Shown here: piece after piece, positions 57,094 through 64,000 of the stretch
Layout of the letters: each line of letters starts with the position of its first letter
How positions within the stretch are numbered: position 1 is the first letter of the stretch
Origin: an uncultured Alphaproteobacteria bacterium
GTDB lineage: Bacteria; Pseudomonadota; Alphaproteobacteria; Methylaequorales; Methylaequoraceae
Direction: 5' to 3'
Length of the DNA: 64,000 nt
Assembly: GCA_902522465.1 (NCBI GenBank)
Contig: CABYVV010000001.1
Coordinates: forward strand, 90,060 to 154,059
The notes under the pieces: generated by a model
What the model was told of the DNA's origin: nothing
What the model saw: only the letters and a program-made list of their open reading frames with translations
Database searches by the model: none
Program-made: the position numbers and the translations under genes

Positions 57094-57832
57094 TATTCCA
57101 TTCATTGCAATTGATAATAAAGGTCTTGAAGTTAAAAATATTACCAAATCTTACGATAATAAAAGAATATTAGATAATGTCTCAATTAACCTAAATAGGG
57201 GAGAATCTGTTGCTCTTTTAGGACCAAATGGAGCAGGAAAAACCTCACTTTTTTATATAATAATGGGATTAATAAAGTCTGAAAGTGGAGTTATAAATTT
57301 AGATAAAATAGAAATATCAGATTATCCCATGTATAGACGTTCAAAATTGGGCTTAGGTTATCTACCTCAAGAGTCTTCAATTTTTAGAGGTATGAATGTA
57401 GAAGAAAATATTTTATCAATATTGGAAAAAACAGAAAGGTCTTCTGAGATTATTACAAAGAAATTAGATGATCTTCTTGCTGAATTTGGTATAGAACATA
57501 TTCGTTACGCTCCATCACTCTCTTTATCAGGAGGAGAAAGAAGGAGATTAGAAATAGCTAGATGTCTTGCTTCAAAGCCTAATTTCATATTATTAGATGA
57601 ACCATTAGCTGGTATAGACCCGATTGCAATTAAAGATGTAAAAAATCTGATACAAAATCTAAAGAAAAAAAATATTGGCGTTCTTATTACTGATCACAAC
57701 GTAAAAAGTACACTTGAAATTGTGGATAGAGCATACATAATCTTCGAAGGCAAAGTGTTGTTTCAAGGTAAACCTGAAGAAATCATAAAAAATAAAAATG
57801 TAAGAACTTTTTATTTAGGGAATGATTTTTGA
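57080..57832 (+). CDS. lptB: LPS export ABC transporter ATP-binding protein LptB
   Basis: 250-aa ORF with Walker A GPNGAGKTS, signature LSGGERRR and Walker B ILLDEP. Confidence 0.92.
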   Translation: MSQIDIPFIAIDNKGLEVKNITKSYDNKRILDNVSINLNRGESVALLGPNGAGKTSLFYIIMGLIKSESGVINLDKIEISDYPMYRRSKLGLGYLPQESSIFRGMNVEENILSILEKTERSSEIITKKLDDLLAEFGIEHIRYAPSLSLSGGERRRLEIARCLASKPNFILLDEPLAGIDPIAIKDVKNLIQNLKKKNIGVLITDHNVKSTLEIVDRAYIIFEGKVLFQGKPEEIIKNKNVRTFYLGNDF

Positions 57833-58407
57833 CGGAAAAAAACAATATATCAGTATCTGGAAAGCAAACAAAAGTTGGAAAATCACTTACTGAATACGTT
57901 AAAGATTCAATAATTCTGACTCTAAAAAAATATTTTGATAATTTTATAACTGCAAATATACTTTTCTCAAAAGATACGTATAATTTTAGATGCGAAATCA
58001 GTATCCATATTGATGGTGCAATTTTTCTTCAGGGAAATGCAATTAGTAATGATGCATATGGATCATTTAACGTTGCCAGTGAAAAAATTAAGAAAAGACT
58101 GAGACGTTACCACAGAAAACTTACAGACCACCGTGCCAAGAATAAAAAACCTCTTAAATATCTTCAAGCTAATCAATATATCATCGAAAACCCTGAAATT
58201 AAAAATCTAAAAGAAAGCTCATCAGAACCAGTGATTATTGCAGAAACTGAAGATATAATAAAGACTATCTCAGTAAGTGAGGCAATAATGCTTATGAATT
58301 TAAAAGATCAAAATGCAATTTTTTTTAAAAACGTGAATTCTAGAAGATTAAACATTCTTTATAGACGATCAGATGGAAATATTGGCTGGGTGGATCCAAA
58401 AAAATGA
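57829..58407 (+). CDS. hpf: Ribosome hibernation promoting factor (long HPF)
   Basis: 192-aa ORF with a TTG start. It has an N-terminal YfiA/HPF fold region and a C-terminal dimerisation domain (NILYRRSDGNIGWV). Confidence 0.85.
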   Translation: MTEKNNISVSGKQTKVGKSLTEYVKDSIILTLKKYFDNFITANILFSKDTYNFRCEISIHIDGAIFLQGNAISNDAYGSFNVASEKIKKRLRRYHRKLTDHRAKNKKPLKYLQANQYIIENPEIKNLKESSSEPVIIAETEDIIKTISVSEAIMLMNLKDQNAIFFKNVNSRRLNILYRRSDGNIGWVDPKK

Positions 58408-58850
58408 AATTAATTGAGTTTATTTCATTGGATTCTATTCATGTAGATATTGATGTAGACAGCAAAAAAAATTTGTTTAAACATGTCTCAACTATTTTTT
58501 CTAAAAATAATTCAGAAAGAGCATCAATTGTAGTTGAGAAATTAAATGAAAGAGAAAGGCTAGGATCAACTGGTGTTGGAAATGGTGTCGCGATACCGCA
58601 TTCAAAGATAAGTTATGTTGACAAGACCAAAGTTTTTTTTTTAAAACTTAAATCTGCAATCGATTTTTCATCTTCTGACAAACGAAATGTTGACCTTGTT
58701 TTTGTAATTTTGGCTCCCCTTGATTGTCAATCCGAACACCTCTTAATTTTGTCTTCGATTTCGAGTTTTTTGAAAAATGACAACTTAGTCAAAAAGTTAA
58801 GGAACTTAAAGAAACCTGAAGAGATACTTAATTTTTTATCGAAACATTAG
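58404..58850 (+). CDS. ptsN: Nitrogen-related PTS EIIA component PtsN
   Basis: 148-aa ORF with the EIIA-2 active-site context GVGNGVAIPHSK. It follows hpf. Confidence 0.85.
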   Translation: MKLIEFISLDSIHVDIDVDSKKNLFKHVSTIFSKNNSERASIVVEKLNERERLGSTGVGNGVAIPHSKISYVDKTKVFFLKLKSAIDFSSSDKRNVDLVFVILAPLDCQSEHLLILSSISSFLKNDNLVKKLRNLKKPEEILNFLSKH

Positions 58851-59065
58851 TGAAGATTAATATGTTCCAAGCCTGACTGTAAGATGGCGGCAATTGCTGA
58901 TTCTCGACTATCAAACGCGGCTAATAGAGTGCCATCAGCACAGTATACTGAGAAAACGTCGGTACTAAAGTTTTCTTCCTTATGAATTTCTTTCTTAACA
59001 AAAGCGTGTGATGCGTTACCGTATTCTACTAAATCTAAATTATTTGAATCATTTTTACTGCTCAT
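58847..59065 (-). CDS. DUF1150-family small protein
   Basis: 72-aa ORF downstream of and overlapping hsp20, the usual alphaproteobacterial pairing. It contains the pattern ...VYCADGTLLAAFDSRESAIAA.... Confidence 0.65.
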   Translation of the reverse strand: MSSKNDSNNLDLVEYGNASHAFVKKEIHKEENFSTDVFSVYCADGTLLAAFDSRESAIAAILQSGLEHINLH

Positions 59066-59511
59066 TTGCCTTTACCTAAACTAATAAGATTTTCTTTAAC
59101 TTTATTATTTTTATCGCTAATTTCAATCTTTTTTGATTCTTCGTTATTAATTGGTTGAGATAAATCTATAAATAAGAGTCCATTATCCATTGATGCCTCC
59201 TCTACCTCAATCCCCTCAGCCAAAATAAAGTTTCTTTGAAACTGTCTTGTTGCAATTCCTCTGTGTATGAAAATTCTATCTCCATCATTATCATCCCTAC
59301 TACCTCTTATTTGAAGTTGATTTCCTTCTAGACTGATATCTAGATCCTTTTTATTAAATCCGGCAACTGCGATTGTGATTCTTATGCTGTTAGGAGAAGT
59401 TTGCTCAATATTATAAGGAGGATAGGAGTCGCTAGAAAGTTTAGAAATTCTATCTATAGTCCTCTCGAACTGATCAAAACCTAAAAGAAATGGACTATTA
59501 AAAACTGACAT
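59062..59511 (-). CDS. Small heat-shock protein (Hsp20/IbpA family)
   Basis: It has an alpha-crystallin domain (YPPYNIEQTSPNSIRITIAVAGF...LQIRG...GLLFIDL). I prefer the ATG at 59511 (MSVFNSPFLLGFDQFER), with GAGGG 11 nt upstream, to the TTG at 59529. Confidence 0.9.
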   Translation of the reverse strand: MSVFNSPFLLGFDQFERTIDRISKLSSDSYPPYNIEQTSPNSIRITIAVAGFNKKDLDISLEGNQLQIRGSRDDNDGDRIFIHRGIATRQFQRNFILAEGIEVEEASMDNGLLFIDLSQPINNEESKKIEISDKNNKVKENLISLGKGK

Positions 59512-59653
59512 TCTATTTGTAACCCTCAATTAGAGCGATTGAAATGAACCTTTAAAAGCATTCATTTTTGTAATTTACAATATTGATATTTAAAAATCAA
59601 TTTTTAAATTTCAATAAAATTTTTTAAATTATAACCAATTTTAATATATTATT

Positions 59654-59729
59654 TGGTGGAGCTGGACGGGATCGAACCGACGACCTTCTGAATGCCATCC
59701 AGACGCTCTCCCAACTGAGCTACAGCCCC
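59654..59729 (-). tRNA. tRNA-Ala (anticodon GGC)
   Basis: The reverse complement is GGGGCTGTAGCTCAGTTGGGAGAGCGTCTGGATGGCATTCAGAAGGTCGTCGGTTCGATCCCGTCCAGCTCCACCA. It carries the G3:U70 alanine identity pair, anticodon loop ATGGCAT and an encoded CCA. Confidence 0.95.
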
Positions 59730-59781
59730 ATCTATGAGACAAGAATGAAAAAATTTTTTTAAAGCCCAACCTGTCCGATAC

Positions 59782-60078
59782 TTATGAGGAATCTTCATCT
59801 CTCTCAATTTCAACAATGTCCTCGACATTTGATTCATCTGAATCAACATCTTCTACATTATCATCAACTTCGATCTCTTCAATTTTAATATCTTTTTCCT
59901 CCTCTTCAACCAAAGGTTTAGAAACCTTTGGTGGCCTTCCTCTTTTAGAAACATTGGTTAGAAGTGAATTAACATCCGCTCCACAATTTGGACAAATGAG
60001 AGGATGTCTAGCGAAATCAAAAAAAAGTGTGCCACATTTTGTACATTTCCTTTTAGCACCTTTATCAAATTTTTCCAT
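59782..60078 (-). CDS. TIGR02300-family (FYDLN_acid) zinc-ribbon protein with an acidic tail
   Basis: KRKCTKCGTLFFDF...ICPNCG is a Cys4 ribbon, followed by a very acidic C-terminus. The position upstream of aroA is typical of alphaproteobacteria. I prefer the ATG at 60078 to the TTG at 60084. Confidence 0.7.
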   Translation of the reverse strand: MEKFDKGAKRKCTKCGTLFFDFARHPLICPNCGADVNSLLTNVSKRGRPPKVSKPLVEEEEKDIKIEEIEVDDNVEDVDSDESNVEDIVEIERDEDSS

Positions 60079-60126
60079 AATCAACTTTCATTAATAAAAT
60101 AAATAAATTATATATCATAACTAAGG

Positions 60127-61443
60127 ATGAAAAAATCTTTTACTCTTAAATCTTCAAAAAGTAAACCATTAAATGGCATAATTACTGTTCCATCGGATAA
60201 ATCGATTTCTATTAGATCATTAATTATTTCATCACTTTGTCTTGGAAATACGAAAATTTATAATTTGTTAGAGTCTGATGATGTTTTAAATACTCTCAAT
60301 GTACTTAAGAAATTGCACATCAAGATTGAAAAAAAAAAGGAGTTCTATGAGGTTTTTGGACAAGGTGGTTATTTTTCGGATCCTCATGAAAATTTAGACT
60401 TCGGAAATTCAGGTACAGGAATACGATTAATGACTGGACTTTTAAGCACAAGTGAAGTTAATGCAACGCTAATTGGTGATCAGTCTTTATCTTCAAGACC
60501 AATGGATAGAGTTATAAAGCCACTGGAAAAAATTAATGTTTCAATCTCTTATACAAATGGTTCATTGCCAATAAGAATATTCAATCAAAACAAAATACAT
60601 GTTCCAAGTAGTCATAAACTTGAAATAGGTTCCGCTCAAGTAAAAAGTGCAATTTTACTCGCCGCGATGAATGTAAAAGGAATTACTAAAATATTTGAAA
60701 AAATTCCATCAAGAGATCACACTGAAATAATGCTTAAATATCTTGGTGCAAGTCTAAATGTTTCTAACAATTGTATTACATTAAAAAGTCCAAACTTTTT
60801 AAAGCCAAAAAATCTGACAATACCAGGAGATTTTAGTTCAGCAGCGTTTATTATAGTAGCTGTTTTATTATCTCATAATAGCAAAGTAAAAATAAAAAAT
60901 GTGGGTTTAAACTTTTACAGAATTGGTTTACTTGAAGTTCTAAAAAAAATGAATGCCAAAATTTCTATTACAAATAAAAGAAATTTTAATGATGAAATAG
61001 TGGGGGATATAGAGGTAAACAGTTCTAATCTTCACGGAACAACCGTCAAAAAGGAAATAAGTGCAAGGCTTATTGATGAATATCCAATTCTTTTTGTGGC
61101 AGCTTCATTTGCTAATGGAACATCCAGTTTTTTTGGTTTAGGTGAACTTAAAGTTAAAGAAAGTAATAGATTAAAAACAATGGCAAAGGCATTGTCAGAA
61201 AATGGAGTAAAATTAAAAGTTGGTGAAACTTCAATTAAAATATTTGGAGACAAATATCAAGAGGGTGGGAAGCCAGTTGCAACAGAAAGTGATCACCGAG
61301 TTGCAATGTCAATGCTGATTTTTGGTTTTTTTTCAGAAAAATCGATAATAATTGATGATATGGGAATGATAAAAACATCATTTCCTGGATTTAAAGATCT
61401 TTTTGAAGTTTTAGGTGCAAGAATTGACTACTTTCGAAAGTAA
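60127..61443 (+). CDS. aroA: 3-phosphoshikimate 1-carboxyvinyltransferase (EPSP synthase)
   Basis: 438-aa ORF with the motifs PSDKSISIRS, FGNSGTGIRLM and DHRVAMS. Confidence 0.95.
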   Translation: MKKSFTLKSSKSKPLNGIITVPSDKSISIRSLIISSLCLGNTKIYNLLESDDVLNTLNVLKKLHIKIEKKKEFYEVFGQGGYFSDPHENLDFGNSGTGIRLMTGLLSTSEVNATLIGDQSLSSRPMDRVIKPLEKINVSISYTNGSLPIRIFNQNKIHVPSSHKLEIGSAQVKSAILLAAMNVKGITKIFEKIPSRDHTEIMLKYLGASLNVSNNCITLKSPNFLKPKNLTIPGDFSSAAFIIVAVLLSHNSKVKIKNVGLNFYRIGLLEVLKKMNAKISITNKRNFNDEIVGDIEVNSSNLHGTTVKKEISARLIDEYPILFVAASFANGTSSFFGLGELKVKESNRLKTMAKALSENGVKLKVGETSIKIFGDKYQEGGKPVATESDHRVAMSMLIFGFFSEKSIIIDDMGMIKTSFPGFKDLFEVLGARIDYFRK

Positions 61444-62059
61444 AAAACCAGTAATTGCAATTGACGGAACTGCAGGCTCAGGAAAAGGAACCTTGGCCAA
61501 AAGTTTATCAAAAAAATTAAACTTTGATCATCTTGATACTGGGATATTATACAGAATTTATGCTTATGAAACTGTTTTAAATAAGAATAAAAAAATAAAT
61601 TTAGAAGAATGGTTTAAATCTGAAAGTGATTTTAATAAACTTAGAACTGAAAAAATATCAAAAATTGCATCTACGATATCTCAACAGAAGAGTGTAAGAG
61701 CGGTTTTGGTAGATATTCAAAGAAATTTTGCAAACACCCCCCCTAATGGAATAGGATCTGTTATTGATGGAAGAGACATTGGGTCTGTTATAATTCCAAA
61801 AGCTGAAATAAAATTTTTTATTGATGCAGATGTTGAAATCAGAGCAGAAAGAAGAGTGAATCAGTTAAATCTTAAAAAATCCGAGTATCAAAATACTTTA
61901 AAAAATATGATTGCTAGAGATGAAAAAGATTCTAATAGAAAACATTCCCCAATGATAAGGCCTTTAGATAGTCATTTCATTGATACTTCAAATATTGATG
62001 CAGAAGAGGTTTTAAAAAAAGCCATCAGATATATTAAAAAAAATACAGATTTTATTTAA
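61415..62059 (+). CDS. cmk: Cytidylate kinase
   Basis: 214-aa ORF with the P-loop IAIDGTAGSGKGT. It overlaps aroA by 29 nt. Confidence 0.92.
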   Translation: MQELTTFESKKPVIAIDGTAGSGKGTLAKSLSKKLNFDHLDTGILYRIYAYETVLNKNKKINLEEWFKSESDFNKLRTEKISKIASTISQQKSVRAVLVDIQRNFANTPPNGIGSVIDGRDIGSVIIPKAEIKFFIDADVEIRAERRVNQLNLKKSEYQNTLKNMIARDEKDSNRKHSPMIRPLDSHFIDTSNIDAEEVLKKAIRYIKKNTDFI

Positions 62060-62119
62060 TAATTGCATAAAGACAGAAAATTTTGTAATTGTAATGCATA
62101 AATTTAGGAGGAAATTGTA

Positions 62120-63811
62120 TTGGCAGAAAATTTTAGTGATTTGTTAGAACAAAGCCTTGTTGACTTTAAATATAAGGAAGGTCAGATAATTAAAGGTAAA
62201 GTCCTTTCTATTGTAAATGATACAGTGGTTGTAGATGTAGGCCTGAAAGCTGAGGGGAGAATACCTATAAAAGAATTTCATTCTCCAGGAGAAGAGCATG
62301 GTGTGAAAGTGGGTGAAAGTTATGATGTATACCTTGAAAAATTAGAAAATAAGGAAGGTGAAGCTCTTTTGAGTAGAGAGAGAGCAAGAAAAGAAGAATC
62401 ATGGTCTAATTTAGAAAAGATCCAAAATTCCAAAGAACAAATTATGGGGGTAATCACTGGAAGAGTAAAAGGTGGATTTGCAGTCGATATCAATGGAGCG
62501 GTAGCTTTTCTTCCAGGTAGTCAAGTTGATCTAAAGCCTGTCAAAGATATTTCACCCTTAATTAACAAACCTCAACCAATGATAATTTTAAAAATGGATA
62601 AATTAAGAGGAAATATTGTTGTTTCCAGAAGAGTTTTGTTAGAGGAATCAAGGAAAGCAGATAGAAGTAAATTATTATCCGATATAAATGAAGGTGACAA
62701 ATTAAAAGGCTCTGTAAAAAATATTACTGACTACGGAGTATTTGTTGATTTAGGTGGCATGGATGGACTTATCCATGTTACAGATCTTTCATGGGAAAGA
62801 GTTAATCATCCCTCAGAAATGTTTGGAATCGGAGAGGAAATAGAGGTTGTAGTAACAAAATATGATAAGGAAAATAATAGAATTAGTCTTGGTTTAAAAC
62901 AATTAACCAAAGATCCTTGGGAAAAAGTTGAATCAGTTTACAAAGTTGGAAGCAAAATTAAATCTAAAATTTCAAGTATAGCTGATTATGGAGCCTTCAT
63001 TGAACTTGAAAAAGGAGTGGAAGGTCTTATTCACACATCTGAAATGAGCTGGGTAAATAAAAATATCAATCCTAATGCAATTTTGAAAGTCGGGCAGGAA
63101 GTTGAAGTAGTTATCCTTGAAATCGACAACTCAAAAAGAAGAATAAGCTTGGGTTTAAAGCAATGTTCAGATAACCCTTGGAAAGTTTTCGCTTCAAAAA
63201 ATAAAGAAGGAGATGTAATTGAAGGTAAAATTAAAAATATTACAGACTTTGGATTGTTCGTAGGTATAACAAATGAACTTGATGGATTAGTTCACGCATC
63301 AGATATATCTTGGAATGAATCCGGAGAAAATGCCATTAAAAATTTTGAAATAGATCAACTAATTAAAAGTAAAATCATAGATATTGACGTAGATAAAGAA
63401 AGAGTATCTTTGGGTATTAAACAACTCACAAAAAATACAAATAAAAGTGATAAACTTATAAGCAAGACAGTAACTTGTGTTATAAAAAAAATTGATGATG
63501 ATAAAGTTTTTGTTACCTTTGACAATGATATTGAAGGATTTGTAAAAAAATCTAATTTGGCAAAATTAAAAGCTGAGCAGAATACAACTAGATTTGCAGT
63601 TGGAGAAAAAATTGATGCCAAAGTCCTAAAAAAATTGACTAAAGACGGATCATATGAACTTTCAGTAAAAGATCTCGAGATTCAGGAAGAAAAAGAAGCA
63701 CTAAAAGAATACGGATCATCATCTTCTGGAGCAAGCATTGGGGATATTATCGGAGCTGCACTAGAAGAAGGAAAAAAGAAAGACCCTAAATCAACTGATG
63801 AAAAAAAATGA
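62120..63811 (+). CDS. rpsA: 30S ribosomal protein S1
   Basis: 563-aa ORF with a TTG start preceded by AGGAGG. It has six S1 repeats (e.g. G.V....D.G.FV.L..G..GL.H.S). Confidence 0.97.
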   Translation: MAENFSDLLEQSLVDFKYKEGQIIKGKVLSIVNDTVVVDVGLKAEGRIPIKEFHSPGEEHGVKVGESYDVYLEKLENKEGEALLSRERARKEESWSNLEKIQNSKEQIMGVITGRVKGGFAVDINGAVAFLPGSQVDLKPVKDISPLINKPQPMIILKMDKLRGNIVVSRRVLLEESRKADRSKLLSDINEGDKLKGSVKNITDYGVFVDLGGMDGLIHVTDLSWERVNHPSEMFGIGEEIEVVVTKYDKENNRISLGLKQLTKDPWEKVESVYKVGSKIKSKISSIADYGAFIELEKGVEGLIHTSEMSWVNKNINPNAILKVGQEVEVVILEIDNSKRRISLGLKQCSDNPWKVFASKNKEGDVIEGKIKNITDFGLFVGITNELDGLVHASDISWNESGENAIKNFEIDQLIKSKIIDIDVDKERVSLGIKQLTKNTNKSDKLISKTVTCVIKKIDDDKVFVTFDNDIEGFVKKSNLAKLKAEQNTTRFAVGEKIDAKVLKKLTKDGSYELSVKDLEIQEEKEALKEYGSSSSGASIGDIIGAALEEGKKKDPKSTDEKK

Positions 63812-64000
63812 TTTATTAGAAAAATTTTATAGAAAAAGAAAATCACTTGTCCTTCGATCATTTATTTTCTTTTTAGCAGTCTTATCACTGATATTAGTTT
63901 CCTTAAAATTTCAAAATGAAGAAAGCTTTATTGCTAAAATAAAAATTGAAGGAATTATTCAAGGCAAAGAAGACATCGTTGAACAGATTGATGGTTTGAT
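63798..64000 (+). CDS. Probable signal peptide peptidase SppA (36K type), N-terminal part; the 3' end lies outside the window
   Basis: Hand-read frame: ATG at 63798, overlapping rpsA by 14 nt. It gives MKKNDLLEKFYRKRKSLVLRSFIFFLAVLSLILVSLKFQNEESFIAKIKIEGIIQGKEDIVEQIDGL, open to the window end. The TM anchor followed by I.I.G.I matches the SppA N-terminus, and rpsA-sppA adjacency is common in alphaproteobacteria. Confidence 0.5.
   Translation, partial: MKKNDLLEKFYRKRKSLVLRSFIFFLAVLSLILVSLKFQNEESFIAKIKIEGIIQGKEDIVEQIDGL

Noticed and set aside
59649-60094. ORFs 59649..59849 (-) and 59816..60094 (+), overlapping tRNA-Ala and the TIGR02300 gene.
   Set aside because: The first runs through the tRNA-Ala gene. 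The second is the Ser-rich complement of the acidic tail (GAA/GAT read backwards). Both are artefacts.
1-64000. Visual search for CRISPR arrays, IS elements or inverted-repeat-bounded insertions, prophage genes, toxin-antitoxin pairs and known defence-system genes.
   Set aside because: None was seen. There are no regularly spaced direct repeats, no transposase, integrase or recombinase-like translations, and no unexplained multi-gene block outside 32.0-39.8 kb.

Overview
This is a very AT-rich (roughly 30% G+C by eye, not computed) and extremely gene-dense bacterial chromosome segment. The gene order is typically alphaproteobacterial: ffs-dnaX-ybaB-recR, argB-HAD-dapD-dapE, thrS-infC-rpmI-rplT-pheS-pheT-lepA, kdsD-lptC-lptA-lptB-hpf-ptsN, hsp20-DUF1150, and TIGR02300-aroA-cmk-rpsA. 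The best fit is a streamlined SAR11/Pelagibacterales-like genome. I call 68 protein-coding genes. Two are truncated by the window edges, and one, rpmH, is absent from the ORF track. I also call three tRNAs (Arg-ACG, Ser-GGA, Ala-GGC), a 90-nt SRP (4.5S) RNA upstream of dnaX, two NrdR-box-like operators upstream of nrdAB, one weak Fur-box-like site and one striking perfect palindrome. Most of the window is core housekeeping: nucleotide, amino-acid, cell-envelope and translation genes plus a YejABEF-type peptide ABC importer. I see no transposase, integrase, phage gene, CRISPR array, toxin-antitoxin pair or recognisable defence gene. The only stretch that looks accessory is about 32.0-39.8 kb, between nhaD and tRNA-Ser. 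It holds an orphan TonB-dependent receptor, TerB-like, DUF2805, secreted CIA30 and NTF2-like genes, a DUF445-SelO pair, and a small His-tailed membrane protein coupled to MarR. It also contains the three largest non-coding spacers of that part of the window. The best leads are: (1) the perfect 24-26 bp palindrome abutting the start codon of the membrane-protein/MarR operon; (2) the translationally coupled DUF445-SelO pair; (3) the orphan TonB-dependent receptor with a Fur-like box; (4) a YejA-like binding protein with a C-terminal membrane anchor; (5) clean loss of rpoN from lptB-hpf-ptsN. None of these can be shown from sequence alone to be a new multi-gene system, and I found no strong evidence for one here.
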